Assembly: GCA_002269645.1 (NCBI GenBank)
Contig: NIVC01002899.1
Span: forward strand, 67,181 to 131,180
Source of the DNA: Macrostomum lignano
Taxonomy: Eukaryota
Length of the DNA stretch: 64,000 nt
Direction of reading: 5' to 3'
This document shows positions 12,830 to 27,369 of the stretch, one piece after another (within the stretch, counting starts at the first letter, position 1; each line of letters begins with the position of its first letter). The notes under the pieces were generated by a model. It was not told where the DNA came from and searched no databases. It was given only the letters and a program-made list of their open reading frames with translations. Position numbers and translations under genes: made by a program.

Positions 12830-13199
12830 TTTAGTTAGAGGCAGGCGGCTGTGTGCACCCTGACGCACTTTAAGCGACATTGTCACACAACCGGCAAGAG
12901 GCATTACTGCCCCCATTCCGCCGACTCCCCTTGAGCAGGCACACAAGCGCGCGGATACGTACGCAGTCACACGCACAGACACACACTCACACAGGAGTGT
13001 ACAGCGGCCCTAACTTTATTTATCCTTAGTCATGTACACTTCACTGTGCCAATTGGGGACTGACCCTCAAAGGCCGTTAATTGCACGAGCAGAGCCAAGC
13101 CGAGATTCCAACTTAGCCCCAAATTAATGTGACTGGCACGTGGAATCGAACCTGGGCCGCTGGCACATCAGTACGGCGCGAGACCACTGGGAGCCCCCC
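12830..13199 (-). mobile_element. tRNA-derived SINE (family 2), near full length
   Basis: On the minus strand the head carries a B-box GGTTCGATTCC (13142-13152). The body matches copies at 17385-17580 and 27955-28073. Confidence 0.7.
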
Positions 13200-13306
13200 T
13201 ATTTTATGGATTTCTGAAAGATGCCCTTGGTAACTTGCAACAGTGGCCGCGGATCCAGACATCTCTGCGCATGCCTCTTTTAATAACTGTCACTAAAGCT
13301 GGTTAC

Positions 13307-16300
13307 CTATAGATGTAGGAACCGCAGCAGCTCAAACGCCCCAACCAGACCTAAGAAGACGCCTCGAAATCTACTATGCTTGGACATCGCCGATTTCGTT
13401 GGGCCGACTGTTTGAGCACGACGAGTCCCAACTCCTGATGAGCAGTTTGCTGCAAGATGAGGTTGGGCGGTTGCTTGACAAAGGTGACTTGCCATGCCAC
13501 TGCTCCATTTATAAGTGTACTCTACTGGACTATTTTACTGTACTCTGTACTCAAACAGACTACTGTACTGCACTCTGTACTCAAAGATACTGTTGTACTT
13601 TACTCAGTACATTGTCTGCTCTACCAGACTGACTATCGGACAAAAATTAACTCTATATTATAGTACATAAGTTATGGAATATAAGAAAACATTTCTGGCA
13701 AATGAGCCAAAAAACTCACGCTTCGGATTAGTATAATTTCGAAGATTTTGCACCTGATAACGCCAAAAATTGCACTGCCTTTTGCGCAAGTTTTCGCCAA
13801 TTTGAAATCCCCTGCTAGTGGGCGACCTGGCCTTGAGAACAATGTGCTTGCGGTTGATCACGTCGTATTCTGGCCAAGCGCCTGGTCCGTCCGGTGCACT
13901 CGAGTCGGACATTTTGTTGGGGTTGCTATAGCGAGTTTGGGGATTTGTGAAATAATCAAATTGCTACTGTACGACAGTTCGTCGATCTATCATAACAGCA
14001 ACCCGACAGTCTGAAGCTTAATGTCATGGGAGTGGGCCATCATGCAGTAAGACTGCGAAATATTTTCCATTATAGTAGAACCTGTTTTCCTGGTTTTGGA
14101 GGCGCCAGCTACAGATGGGGCGCAGGTACAGAGAGGGCGCCAGCTACAGAGGGGGCGCAGCTATAATGAGGGGCGCCAGCTACAGTGAGGGCGCCAGCTA
14201 CAGTGAGGGCGCCAGCTACAGAGGGGGCGCCAGCTACAATGAGGGCGCCAGCTACAGAGGGGGGCGCCAGCTACAATGAGGGCGCCAGCTACAGAGGGGG
14301 GCGCCAGCTACAATGAGGGCGCCAGCTACAGAGGGGGGCGCCAGCTACAATGAGGGCGCCAGCTACAGAGGGGGGCGCCAGCTACAATGAGGGCGCCAGC
14401 TACAGAGGGGGGCGCCAGCTACAATGAGGGCGCCAGCTACAGAGGGGGGCGCCAGCTACAATGAGGGCGCCAGCTACAGAGGGGGCGCCAGCTACAATGA
14501 GGGCGCCAGCTACAGAGGGGGGCGCCAGCTAAAATGAGGGCGCCAGCTACAGAGGGGGGCGCCAGCTACAATGAGGGCGCCAGCTACAGTGAGGGCGCCA
14601 GCTACAGAGGGGGGCGCCAGCTACAATGAGGGCGCCAGCTACAATGAGGGCACCAGCTACAGAGGGGGCGCAGCTACAATGAGGGGCGCCAGCTACAGAG
14701 GAGGCGCCAGAGCAGGCGCCAGTTAGCTACAGAGAGGGCGCCAGCTTCAAAGGTTTATTTCTATGTGAAACTATTTGCAGTTTGCAAGAAACCCCCAGCA
14801 AGCCCTGGCACCAAAGTTTAACCCTCGAAAGACCATTGGACCCCAATTATAATAAAGCGACAATTGTTTTCCCCAACTTTCGAGGGTTAACTGAATAAAA
14901 AGCTCACCCAGTCTTGGCAAAGTTGGTCCAGAACTTCATCAAGTCATCGCTGAACTGCCTCTCAGTCTCAGTGTAGTTGTAGTACTTCCCAGTGAAGCGC
15001 TCATTGAACGGTGAGCCGAACACATAATCCAGCTCGTAGCCATGCAGAACTCCTGTCCAGTCTGGTAGCGGCAACAGCTCACTGCGCTGCTCAAACGAGT
15101 ACATCCAAATCGAATGAGCAGCATTTTCGCCGAGCATGAGGGTGTACTTCTCCGCAAATTCAATTGTCGGACACTTGAAGCTCTTGTCGCTTGTCATCGC
15201 GTCCAGCGCGTCTAAGGTTTCTTTAGCTGTCCAGGATGTCTTGCCGAAAAGTTTCGAAGGCACCTGGTACTCGAACGAGGTGCCCTCGGATATGAGGCCG
15301 TCCATGTTGATGTTGGTAATGAAGTACCTAGCAACTAGGTTGTGTGGATCCGTGTCCATATCGAGTTCCTTGCTAAATTTTGAATAGTATTCATACTCTT
15401 TGCTAAGCCGCGGGTCCATTGGCTGACCCCACCAGAACGGGATGTTCCATTCTCTGTTTCTGATCAGAAATATTTTGTACAGAGCGTACATGATCCAGAA
15501 CACGCCTTCATTTTTTACTACACCTGCAAATTGGAGGGCAGAGTCTGACTGTTAATTCAAAAATTAACTCGCAAATGATAAGAAATTATTCAGCCACTCC
15601 TCAGCCACTCCTCAGCCACTCCTCAGCCACCCCACCACTCCTCAGCCACCCCACTCCTCAGCCACCCCACTCCTCAGCCACCCTACTCCTCAGCCACTCC
15701 TCAGCCACCCCACTCCTCAGCCACCCCACCACTCCTCAGCCACCCCACTCCTCAGCCACCCTACTCCTCAGCCACTCCTCAGCCACCCCTACTCCTCAGC
15801 CACCCCTACTCCTCAGCCACCCTACTCCTCAGCCACTCCTCAGCCACCCCACTCCGCCACTCCACAGTTCTGCTCAGTTATTAACACTTACCCAGCAGCA
15901 AATCTGCTCTCTTCACGTCGTGGTTCTTCACAGAGTCTCTTAGCTGCATGAATGGCATTTTTGGTATAAAATCCGAGGGATAAACGGGCTTAAACGGCAG
16001 GTCAAAGTACAGCATGGTTTCCACGTTTGCACCCTCGTTGGCGGGCTCTTGATTCCTGTGCAAATTCTGCTGATAGTATTGAGCATATTGGATTCGGCGC
16101 TCTCTAATCTCGTTGCTCATCGCGCTCCAAGTCAGCTGCTGCAGAGTCTCGGGTGTCACCTGTTTGTTAATTAAAGTTAATTGCACAATTTTAATTGAAA
16201 TTATTGAATTTTGCAACTAATTCACACCTGAAATGTCTTTCATAATTTCGGGTCTCGATAAGCCTGATAAACTGATAAGCTTGTTATGAGTCTAGTTTAT

Positions 16301-19300
16301 AACGGGGTTGTAGCCTAGTGGTTAGAGTGTCGTAGTCACGACTTGATGGTCGGGGGTTCGAATCTCGATCCCACTGGAACAATTTGTGTCCTTGAGCAAG
16401 ACACTTAACTCTGCATTGCTTCAGTTCACTCAGCTGTAAAATGGGTGCCAGCATTAGCTGGGGTAATTGAGGCTGTGTGTGGCGACCCCCAGTCCTTGGA
16501 CTGAACAGCCGTGCACAGCCCTAAGAGGCGTCGCGCAATTAATAGCAGCGGCTGAGCTGTCGGTTGCACATCTGGCTCAACTGCGGCAGGTGTCATCATT
16601 TATCATTATGAGTCTAGACTTATTTATAATAAGGTAAGAATCAAGCCTCAATAATTAATAACAAATTAGTTTCTACAAAATTAAAATTCTCGCTTCACGG
16701 TCATTGGCTCAATCTCGTGCAATTAAATTGAGTTCAAATTCGCGCAAAAAAACGGACGTTTTTAACTAATAGTAAAAAACCTTAAAAACTACCTTTAATA
16801 AAGCCAGACGTTTTTTTAATCTTGAAAAAACGCTTTAGCTTAGGGCCTTAGGCCCTGTCTTTTAAGGAGTGTTTATACATTTATAGTTTGACAATGTCCC
16901 TTTTTGGCACGAATCCGAATTGGATTTATTTTAACAAAACACCTGAAGAATGCCTAGCGAATTAATTGCAATAATTGCACCAGTTATAACCAATATTAAA
17001 TATAACTTTATTTAAAACAAAAAACTGCTACAGTCTCACCTGTCGCATGCAGTCGATAATTTTATTCACGTCTGTGCTGTCGTCATCGGGCCCGCACTTC
17101 ACCAGCTTGGCGAGGGTCAGCGAGCGTCTGGACGCTGCCCAGCGGTCCTCGCTGGCCCACCAGGCGATGGCACTGCCACTGTTGAGTATGGCTCGCCTGA
17201 AGTAGCCCTGAGTGTAGGGCGACAGCAGGTGGTAGCTGACTGACACGGCACCAGCTGACTCGCCGAACAGCGTGATCTGGCTATTGTCTCCGCCGAAGGC
17301 ACTGAATTTTTTTTGAGGGAGGGGAGTTGAAGTGGGTAGAGATTTAAATCAAAAGACATGATGTGAACATGAAATCTGAGGACGGTAATTCTGTCCATTC
17401 TGCCGACTTCTGAGCACACAAAAGAGCGCCAATGCTGTACGCAGGCACTCACACACACGCTCACACAGGATGTGCAGCGGTCCTGACTTTCTATTCGTCA
17501 GGCATGTGCACCAGGCACGCGAATCGAACAAGGGGCCGTGACGAGAGAGTCGGGGAGTTAATCGCTGAACTGCTCCGCCTCAAGTGCATGATGTGGGCCC
17601 TCCAGATTGCTACTTGTCACCCAAGATTGGGTATTAAGTGGCAACTATGATACCAGAGGCAACTATGGCAACCGTGTGCATCCGAGTGCATCCGTGTGCA
17701 TCCGTGTGCATCCGAGTGCATCCGTGTGCATCCGTGTGCATCCGAGTGCATCCGTGTGCATCCGTGTGCATCCGAGTGCATCCGTGTGCATCCGTGTGCA
17801 TCCGAGTGCATCCGTGTGCATCCGTGTGCATCCGAGTGCATCCGTGTGCATCCGTGTGCATCCGAGTGCATCCGTGTGCATCCGTGTGCATCCGAGTGCA
17901 TCCGTGTGCATCCGTGTGCATCCGAGTGCATCCGTGTGCATCCGTGTGCATCCGAGTGCATCCGTGTGCATCCGTGTGCATCCGAGTGCATCCGTGTGCA
18001 TCCGTGTGCATCCGAGTGCATCCGTGTGCATCCGAGTGCATCCGTGTGCATCCGTGTGCATCCGTGTGCATCCGTGTGCATCCGAGTGCATCCGTGTGCA
18101 TCCGTGTGCATCCGTGTGCATCCGAGTGCATCCGTGTGCATCCGTGTGCATCCGTGTGCATCCGTGTGCATCCGTGTGCATCCGTGTGCATCCGTGTGCA
18201 TCCGTGTGCATCCGTGTGCATCCGTGTGCATCCGTGTGCATCCATCGGCATCCGTGTGCATCCATGTGCATCCGTGTGCATCCGTGTGCATCCGTGTGCA
18301 TCCGTGTGCATCCGTGTGCATCCGTGTGCATCCGTGTGCATCCGTGTGCATCCATCGGCATCCGTGTGCATCCATGTGCATCCGTGTGCATCCGTGTGCA
18401 TCCGTGTGCATCCGTGTGCATCCGTGTGCATCCATCGGCATCCGTGTGCATCCATGTGCATCCATCGGCATCCGTGTGCATCCGTGCATGCATCCGTGTG
18501 CATCCGTGTGCATCCATCGGCATCCGTGTGCATCCATGTGCATCCATCGTCATCCGTGTGCATCCGTGCATGCATCCGTGTGCATCCGTGTGCATCCGTG
18601 TGCATCCGTGTGCATCCGTGTGCATCCGTGTGCATCCGTGTGCATCCGTGTGCATCCGTGTGCATCCGTGTGCATCCATCGGCATCCGTGTGCATCCATG
18701 TGCATTCGTGTGCATCCGTGTGCATCCGTGTGCATCCGTGTGCATCCGTGTGCATCCGTGTGCATCCGTGTGCATCCGTGTGCATCCATCGGCATCCGTG
18801 TGCATCCATGTGCATCCATCGGCATCCGTGTGCATCCGTGCATGCATCCGTGTGCATCCGTGTGCATCCGTGTGCATCCGTGTGCATCCGTGTGCATCCG
18901 TGTGCATCCGTGTGCATCCGTGTGCATCCGTGTGCATCCATCGGCATCCGTGTGCATCCATGTGCATCCATCGGCATCCGTGTGCATCCGTGCATGCATC
19001 CGTGTGTATCCGTGTGCATCCATCGGCATCCGTGTGCATCCATGTGCATCCATCGTCATCCGTGTGCATCCGTGCATGCATCCGTGTGCATCCGTGTGCA
19101 TCCGTGTGCATCTTTGTGCGTGCTCAGGGGGTGGGTGCCATTTTCAGTGGCACTTAAAGCCCTTAGCAACTAAAAACAAGCGAACCAAAAGTTCGAAAAG
19201 CAAGCTTTCAGGTTTGAGCTGTACGTGACTACTAACAGTTCCAGTCAAGAGTAGTAGTCAGTATGGAGCATTTCTGCAGCCAAGAATATTTATTCTGGGC

Positions 19301-21491
19301 ATTCAGCCGCTGTAATTAGCTTGCATGCAGAGAAAAATTCTTTTGCTCCAAATTGCAACTCGGAATCGAGGGCAGGGGGGAGATGGGGAACGAAGGCTGC
19401 TGGGCAGAATCCCCAGACCATCTCCAGGGAGGCAGCAAAGGCTCCGCTCCCCGAGCACCCCTCGCCCGATATCCCATCAATCAAACTCCCAATTTCACTT
19501 CCTTTAATCCAGCGAAGCCCTGGCTGTTAAAGTACAAGCCTAGGCTCAAACGGAGAATCCTTGAAATCGAATATGGTAAAAATATTGAAGCTCCAGGCAG
19601 CAGTTAACGCTGGCTGACTCATGCAAAACTGCTGTCTGGACAGGGGAAATTCAATAGGGGTCAACAGGGAGACTCAGATTAGTCAGGGGTATTGGGACAC
19701 AGGTACACTCAGTATATATATAGGAGTCTGTGGGTATTGGGACACAGGTACACTCAGTATATATATAAGAGTCTGTGGGTATTGGGACACAGGTACACTC
19801 AGTATATATAGGAGTCTGTGGGTATTGGGACACAGGTACACTCGGCATATATATAGGAGTCTGTGGGTATTGGGACACAGGTACACTCGGCATATATATT
19901 GGAGTTTGTGTGTATTTGGACACAGGTACACTCAGTATATATATAAGAGTCTGTGGGTATTGGGACACAGGTACACTCAGTATATATATTGGAGTCTGTG
20001 GGTATTGGGACACAGGTACACTCGGCATATATATAAGAGTCTGTGGGTATTGGGACACAGGTACACTCAGTATATATATAGGAGTCTGTGGGTATTGGGA
20101 CACAGGTACACTCAGTATATATATTGGAGTCTGTGGGTATTGGGACACAGGTACACTCAGTATATATATAGGAGACTGTGGGTATTGGGACACAGGTAAG
20201 ATCCAGAAGGTTCTCAGCGTGTACAGTCCCGGGTCTGTAAAAGTGCACTTGGACGGGAAACTACAATCTACAATTCCCGTGAACGCACAAGTCTCACTCA
20301 CTGGATGTGCTCGTGAATCCACTGAATCGCTCTGTACTGGTCGTACAGTCCCGCATTTCCCGGTGCCTCGGTGTCGTCCAAGAACATGAAGCCGAGTGCT
20401 CCAGTCCGATACTGCATCGAGGCGACAACAACGTCGCCAGTCGCCGCCAGCACCGCGCCGTCGTAGACTTCGAGCGAGGACGAGCCGCCAAAGAAGCCGC
20501 CGCCGTAGATCCACACCATGACGGCCTTGCCAGCCTTGCCCTTCTCTCCCGCCTTGTCCAAGGTTGGCGTCCAGACGTTTAGGTAGAGGCAGTCCTCGGA
20601 CATCTCGGTATTGTTCCACCACATCATCAGGGCCGGGTTCTGCGCGGGAGAGAGAGAGAGAGAGAGTTGTTGCTGCAGTCGAATAGTTTATTGCGTCTTA
20701 GCAGGACAGTCCGCCGGTGCCTAGACAGACGCGCACCATCTGTTTCTTAAAAAACTAGTTACTGAAGCCTTCAAATCGTTTTTGTGAAACAAAGTTGCAC
20801 AGAATGATACATAGCCGCCTTAGAAATGTGTCGCTAGAAATGTGCCGTTAAAAAGATATCGCTATAAATGTGTCGCTATAAATGTGTCGCTAGAAATGTG
20901 TCGCTAGAAATGTGCAGCTAGAAATGTGTCGCTAGAAATGTGTTGCTAGAAATGTGTCGCTAGAAATGGGTCGCTAGAAATGTGTCGCTAGAAATGTGCA
21001 GCTAGAAATGTGTCGCTAGAAATGTGTTGCTAGAAATGTGTCGCTAGAAATGGGTCGCTAGAAATGTGTCACTAGAAATGTGTCGCTAGAAATGTGTCGC
21101 TAGCAGTTGGAACGCACCTTCTTCTCAAAATCCTGCGGTTTCAGGGGCCAGTAGTAGCAGGTCTTCGGCTTTCGAGAGGCGTCAAAGGGCTGGCTGTAAG
21201 TCCCCAGAGGCGTGTCCAGCGGCACGGTGGGCTTGAACCGCAGCGGGCCCACAGGCGGCTTGGCGTAGGAATGCCCAGGTAATTCCACAACGACTTGCCC
21301 CTAATGCTGCTCTTGAAGCCATGAATGCTGGACACCTGGGAGCCTTTGTACAGGTAGACTGTGTGCCCGTTGTCCGAGGCCTGCCGCTCGGGCCTGCTGT
21401 GGCTGGGTATGGCCAGGGCTTCGCAGTGTAGCGCAACATTGATTGCTGCTGCTGCTACTAGCAGAACAGCCGGGAGAGCGTCAATCTGCAT
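13307..21491 (-). CDS. ACHE: Acetylcholinesterase-like cholinesterase, paralogue A, with a GPI-type tail; one 1-bp frameshift in exon 1
   Basis: Exons 21491-21118, 20639-20302, 17301-17040, 16159-15892, 15523-14908, 13925-13720 and 13449-13307, with consistent phases. Signal peptide; motifs LGIP/YAKPPVG, MW..SEDCLYLNVW, YGGGF, GESAG (Ser), NEG (Glu), HGYE (His) and C-terminal CNFW; hydrophobic tail. Reads ATTCCTAC at ~21268 where paralogue B has ATTCCCTAC. Confidence 0.88.
14100..14745. repeat. GC-rich 17-21-bp minisatellite (GAGGGCGCCAGCTACA) in AChE-A intron 5
   Basis: Alternating unit variants are visible directly. Confidence 0.93.
15590..15858. repeat. ACTCCTCAGCC(ACCCC) tandem repeat in AChE-A intron 4
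   Basis: Direct inspection. Confidence 0.9.
16296..16605 (+). mobile_element. tRNA-derived CORE-type SINE with a 12-bp target-site duplication
   Basis: A-box TAGCCTAGTGG (16311-16321) and B-box GGTTCGAATC (16355-16364). MIR/CORE-like TGTGTCCTTGAGCAAGACACTTAAC...CTGTAAAATGGG, short TCA tail, and flanking TTATGAGTCTAG at 16284-16295 and 16606-16617. Confidence 0.85.
17385..17580 (-). mobile_element. Diverged copy of SINE family 2
   Basis: B-box-like GTTCGATTCGC on the minus strand. The body is similar to 12830-13199. Confidence 0.55.
17674..19109. repeat. 10-bp satellite (GTGCATCCGT) in AChE-A intron 2
   Basis: About 140 copies. It is the source of the spurious RVHPCASVC and MHTDAHGC ORFs. 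Confidence 0.97.
19690..20196. repeat. 42-45-bp minisatellite in AChE-A intron 2
   Basis: GAGTCTGTGGGTATTGGGACACAGGTACACTCAGTATATATATA, about 11 copies. Confidence 0.93.
20821..21103. repeat. 14-bp minisatellite (TAGAAATGTGTCGC) in AChE-A intron 1
   Basis: Same unit as 37205-38104 in the paralogue. Confidence 0.93.
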
Positions 21492-21996
21492 GGCTCAGCG
21501 TCGTACTGCCTGTCTGTCTGCAAGGATTGAAATTTGATAGCTGATGGATGCACAGAAGCTTATTTAAGTCTGAGCGAAACTGTCAGTCCGTCGGATTGGG
21601 TGCAAACAGCCACGGGCCCTGCTGGCTAATAGGCAGAAACGGCATTGCCTTCACCAGCCCCGTGTTCCCAGCCACACCCGGCAAGCACTTCTCCTAAGAT
21701 CTCAAACGTAAAGTAATGGGAAGTTTCTCTTGCCGCTATGGAAATCCCATCCAGTAAACTTTAGCTGGCAACGCCCAGGGTCCCAGGGTGGGCATGGAGA
21801 GAGTTTTGTAAAACTTTGCTCACGCGGCTTGCTCTGGGGGGCTTCGTTTCAAGGAACGGCTGGACTGCGCCTGAAGATGCTTATAAATAATTCAGCAGGC
21901 AACATCCACCGCCCTGGCTGCCTTGGGGGCTGCGGGACTGAAAACTGCTTGGTGAGGAGCTGCGAAACTGAGATGGGAGGGCGCTGGCAGCTGCCT

Positions 21997-22770
<774 letters not shown>

Positions 22771-23583
22771 CTTGTTGAGTGTGGCAGTCAGATTGCTTCA
22801 GTACAGGTGTAGGCAGAAATGCAAAAAGTTTCTCTTCAGTTCCACCTGCATTAATCCTGCTATCCAGAAGCTGCAAAAGTACACGAGGCAAAGGGAAGGC
22901 CGTGCAATTAGAGGACTCACATAATTAAGGGCCTTGTTAGCGACGCGAATGAGACTCCGGCTGAAGGTGCCGCTCTCTCCCAGCCCTTCCCTGTTCTCCT
23001 GTGCAAGTTTGTCTTCTTCTGTCTTTAATTCCAAGCAAAAAAGGTGTTCAGTTCAGCCGTGGGGGTGACACGAAATTCGTCAGCCGTAGAAAACGGAGGC
23101 TCGCTACAAAGCCGTTGCAGAACGGGAGGACGAAGAATGTTGATGCCTTAAACCAATTTTTTATAAAACTGTGCTCCTGTATTTATCTGCAGCATAGGAG
23201 AGGAGAGTGAGGGAGGCTGGGGCCGGAGCAGGGGTGGTGGCCGGGTTGGCCCCGCGCAGCTCAGTCTGTCCGTTGCGGTTTTGCAGTGAAGAAAACTTCT
23301 CGTGCAGCCGGGATTAGGCGGAGCCACTCCAGTCAAATATTGGCGCTGCCGAGGAGATGGCGCGGCGCTTAAGTGGGGACCCATAAAGCCGGCAGGGGGT
23401 CAGGGATTGAAAGACGGGGATGAGGAAGAAGTGGCGCGTTGGACTTGTTGGAGCGAGTCTTACTTTGGCGGGGGTGGGCGAGGGGAGTGCACAAGTGGGC
23501 AGGGAGCGCAGGGCTTCACTAAAGTGCCAGCAACAGTGCCCAATTGCCAATATTCTCCAGTCGGGTGGCAATAAAACTACCCA

Positions 23584-24692
<1,109 letters not shown>

Positions 24693-24947
24693 AAGCAGTG
24701 GCAGTGCACAAAATATAACTTGAGATGCAATATGGTACTTATCAGCTCAATCCATGCAGCATGAAAGTTTAGTCTATGGCAGAGAGTGTGTGTCCAAAGC
24801 AGCAGACAACGTTTATACTCTCTGATATTAAGTAAGTTTCAATTGCTTGCTAAAATTTAACTTTGCTCAGCAACAGAAACTTGAATCACTTTCTTTTTCG
24901 GCACTCACAGAAGCGGCACGAGTTGCCTACACAAAGAAAAGTCGATC

Positions 24948-27369
24948 ATGTTGAGCAAAAAGTGCCGCAGCAGTTTGAAGCTGCGAGTCGGTGAGCTGGA
25001 GAGCCAAGACAGCTTTGCCCAGTTTGGTAAGCCGCCATCGCCTTCTTCAGTTATTGATTTAAATAATCTTAATTAAGGAAAAGTTACATGATTTTATACA
25101 AGGTTAGGTTAAGGTCCCAGTCTAACACAGACACAATGGGAGGTGTTACACAAGTCATAGTCTAACACAGACACAATGGGAGGTGTTACACAAGTCATAG
25201 TCTAACACAGACACAATGGGAGGTGTTACACAAGTCATAGTCTAACACAGACACAATGGGAGGTGTTACACAAGTCATAGTCTAACACAGACACAATGGG
25301 AGGTGTTACACAAGTCATAGTCTAACACAGACACAATGGGAGGTGTTACACAAGTCATAGTCTAACACAGACACAATGGGAGGTGTTACACAAGTCACAG
25401 TCTAACACGGGCACAATAGGAGGTGTTCACACAGGCACCCATCCAACTCAGATATTCAACCCTCACTTCCTCACTTCCCAATGTTAACTCCTTTGTTGTC
25501 CCCCATCAGCCAACCAGACTCGCAGGCAGCAGCCAAACGTTATGAAGTCGCTGCAGTGGTTCGACGATTTCGGCTGCAGCTCCTCGTCCTCATCCTCGTC
25601 GCCGCAAGTCGTCGACAGTCCTCAGAGTCGAGCTGATGTCAACCGCAGCGTCGCCGCCACCGACGAAGTAGATCCAGAAGACGCCGTCAGGTCCAGCAGC
25701 AACAGCAAGCAGCTGCTGGATGACAACAACAACAGCAAAGGCATCGATGTGTTGAACTTGCCGTCAACAGCGGAGGCTTTGGCCAAGCAGAAGACTTGGA
25801 TTGTCATCAACTTCCGCTACCGGATGCGCTGGCATCAGGCCAAGCCATTTCTGGAGAAGCACTCGAAAGAGGATGCCTACAAGGTGAGAACATTATCGAT
25901 CGCAGAGTGCTGATGGGTGGAGGGGCACCACAGGCTATGGCGTCTGACTCTCTTGAATATATTAATATTATTATTACTATTACGAGCTACTATTAAGATA
26001 ACTGTAGGAAGTGTACATGTAAGCGTCTGACTACTAAATAATATAACCAAACTTTTTGCAGCAACTTAACGTTCTTAATTTGCTATGGTGGAACTAGACA
26101 TTTTTAATTTTTGTTGGCCCTATTGCTTTTTTTATTTTAAGAGCCGTTTTTATGCAGCAAACAAAACAGCCACCTTGATAACTGTGATGCAGTTCCGTGT
26201 TTGCTGCACACGCGACTATCACAGCGGGTTTGTCATGTGGCTCAAGGTAGACGGGCAGAATCCTTGTAGACTAGCAATATGCTCAATCTACATGTATATA
26301 TTGGAAACAGTCTGCCCCAAGCAAGCTATGCTCGTATATCTGATAACATTTTGCAGTCTCACGACCCTTTTTAGTACATCAGTGAGCCGACTCGAGAATC
26401 CGTCGCTTTTTTGCTTTCAATCTTGCTCTCAAAGTCACGCGTATCTTGTTTCAATATTCTCAAGAATAATAATAGTACACACTATCGCGCATCTCATTTA
26501 ATTTTATATAATTTATCTGTGTACCAACGACTAGATTTCTTACTTTCTACTTACAGTAGCTGGAAAGCGTATTTAATGTTTATTTTATTTGCAAAACGTT
26601 TTTCACCATTTAAGCCGGAAAATTTGAACTATTGGACGCGGTACGTTCGAGTTTCGCAGCATCGCAAGGTGCCGTTTCTAAACGCGGTGCGGGCCTTCAG
26701 AAACCGGATGCAGTGCCCCGGCATCCAGATGCGCTACACGCTCAACGCTTTTCATCACAAGGGTGCCGACACGGAGAGAAACAAAAACCCGGGACCGCTG
26801 CAGTGAGTTCCTTGGCCGGGGATTTTCGTATTAACTTTGGCTATTTGCTGGATTAGCAATCCATTTGAATTGAATTAAAGAGATAGATTAGCAATCCATT
26901 TGAATTGAATTAAAGAGATAGATTAGCAATCCATTGGAATTGAATTAAAGAGATAGATTAGCAATCCATTTGAATTGAATCCGGTGCAAAATGCAAAATG
27001 CAAAAAAAGAAGATAAATCTAATTAGCTATCGTTCGCAAACTCTTAAATCTCTAAATACGAGTATATATTTAACCCATTCCATGTAAAAGTGAAAAACAA
27101 CTCGCTAAATTTTCTGGAACACCCCTAATTTCGTTTGTGATTCCGCAGCCCCACCGCTCTGCCGGTGTTTCGCTGTCCGGACGACATTCCGGAATTTCGA
27201 AAGATGGCCAACGCTGTTGTGAGAGTTTATTAAAACAAATATTAAAAAGCAAATCTGGTAAACTTAGTACAATTACGTTTTTTCATTTTTACAGATTAAC
27301 GTCTTCGTAACCACAGACGACGCGTTCTTCGACGAGTTCTGGAAAGAGGCCCTGTCCAAACAGGCTTAA
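24948..27369 (+). CDS. Six-exon protein of unknown function (~300 aa)
   Basis: Exons 24948-25026, 25510-25883, 26142-26246, 26615-26802, 27149-27218 and 27295-27369 all join in frame with GT-AG sites (phases 1, 0, 0, 2, 0) and end in TAA. No domain recognised. Confidence 0.75.
25121..25420. repeat. 40-bp minisatellite in intron 1 of the unknown gene
   Basis: TCTAACACAGACACAATGGGAGGTGTTACACAAGTCATAG, about 7.5 copies. Confidence 0.95.
26851..26980. repeat. 35-bp tandem repeat, about 3.5 copies
   Basis: GATTAGCAATCCATTTGAATTGAATTAAAGAGATA. Confidence 0.88.

Noticed and set aside
13658-13719. Read-through hydrophobic C-terminus of AChE-A exon 6 (REFFGSFARNVFLYSITYVL)
   Set aside because: A consensus GTGAGT donor at 13719 joins in phase to an exon homologous to the last exon of paralogue B. 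Read-through as a minor isoform is not excluded.
16304-16375. tRNA gene
   Set aside because: A and B boxes are present, but there is no clean acceptor stem. It continues into a CORE-like body with a tail and TSD, so it is a SINE head.
17607-19228. Cys/His-rich ~500-aa ORFs in all six frames
   Set aside because: A stop-free 10-bp satellite inside AChE-A intron 2.
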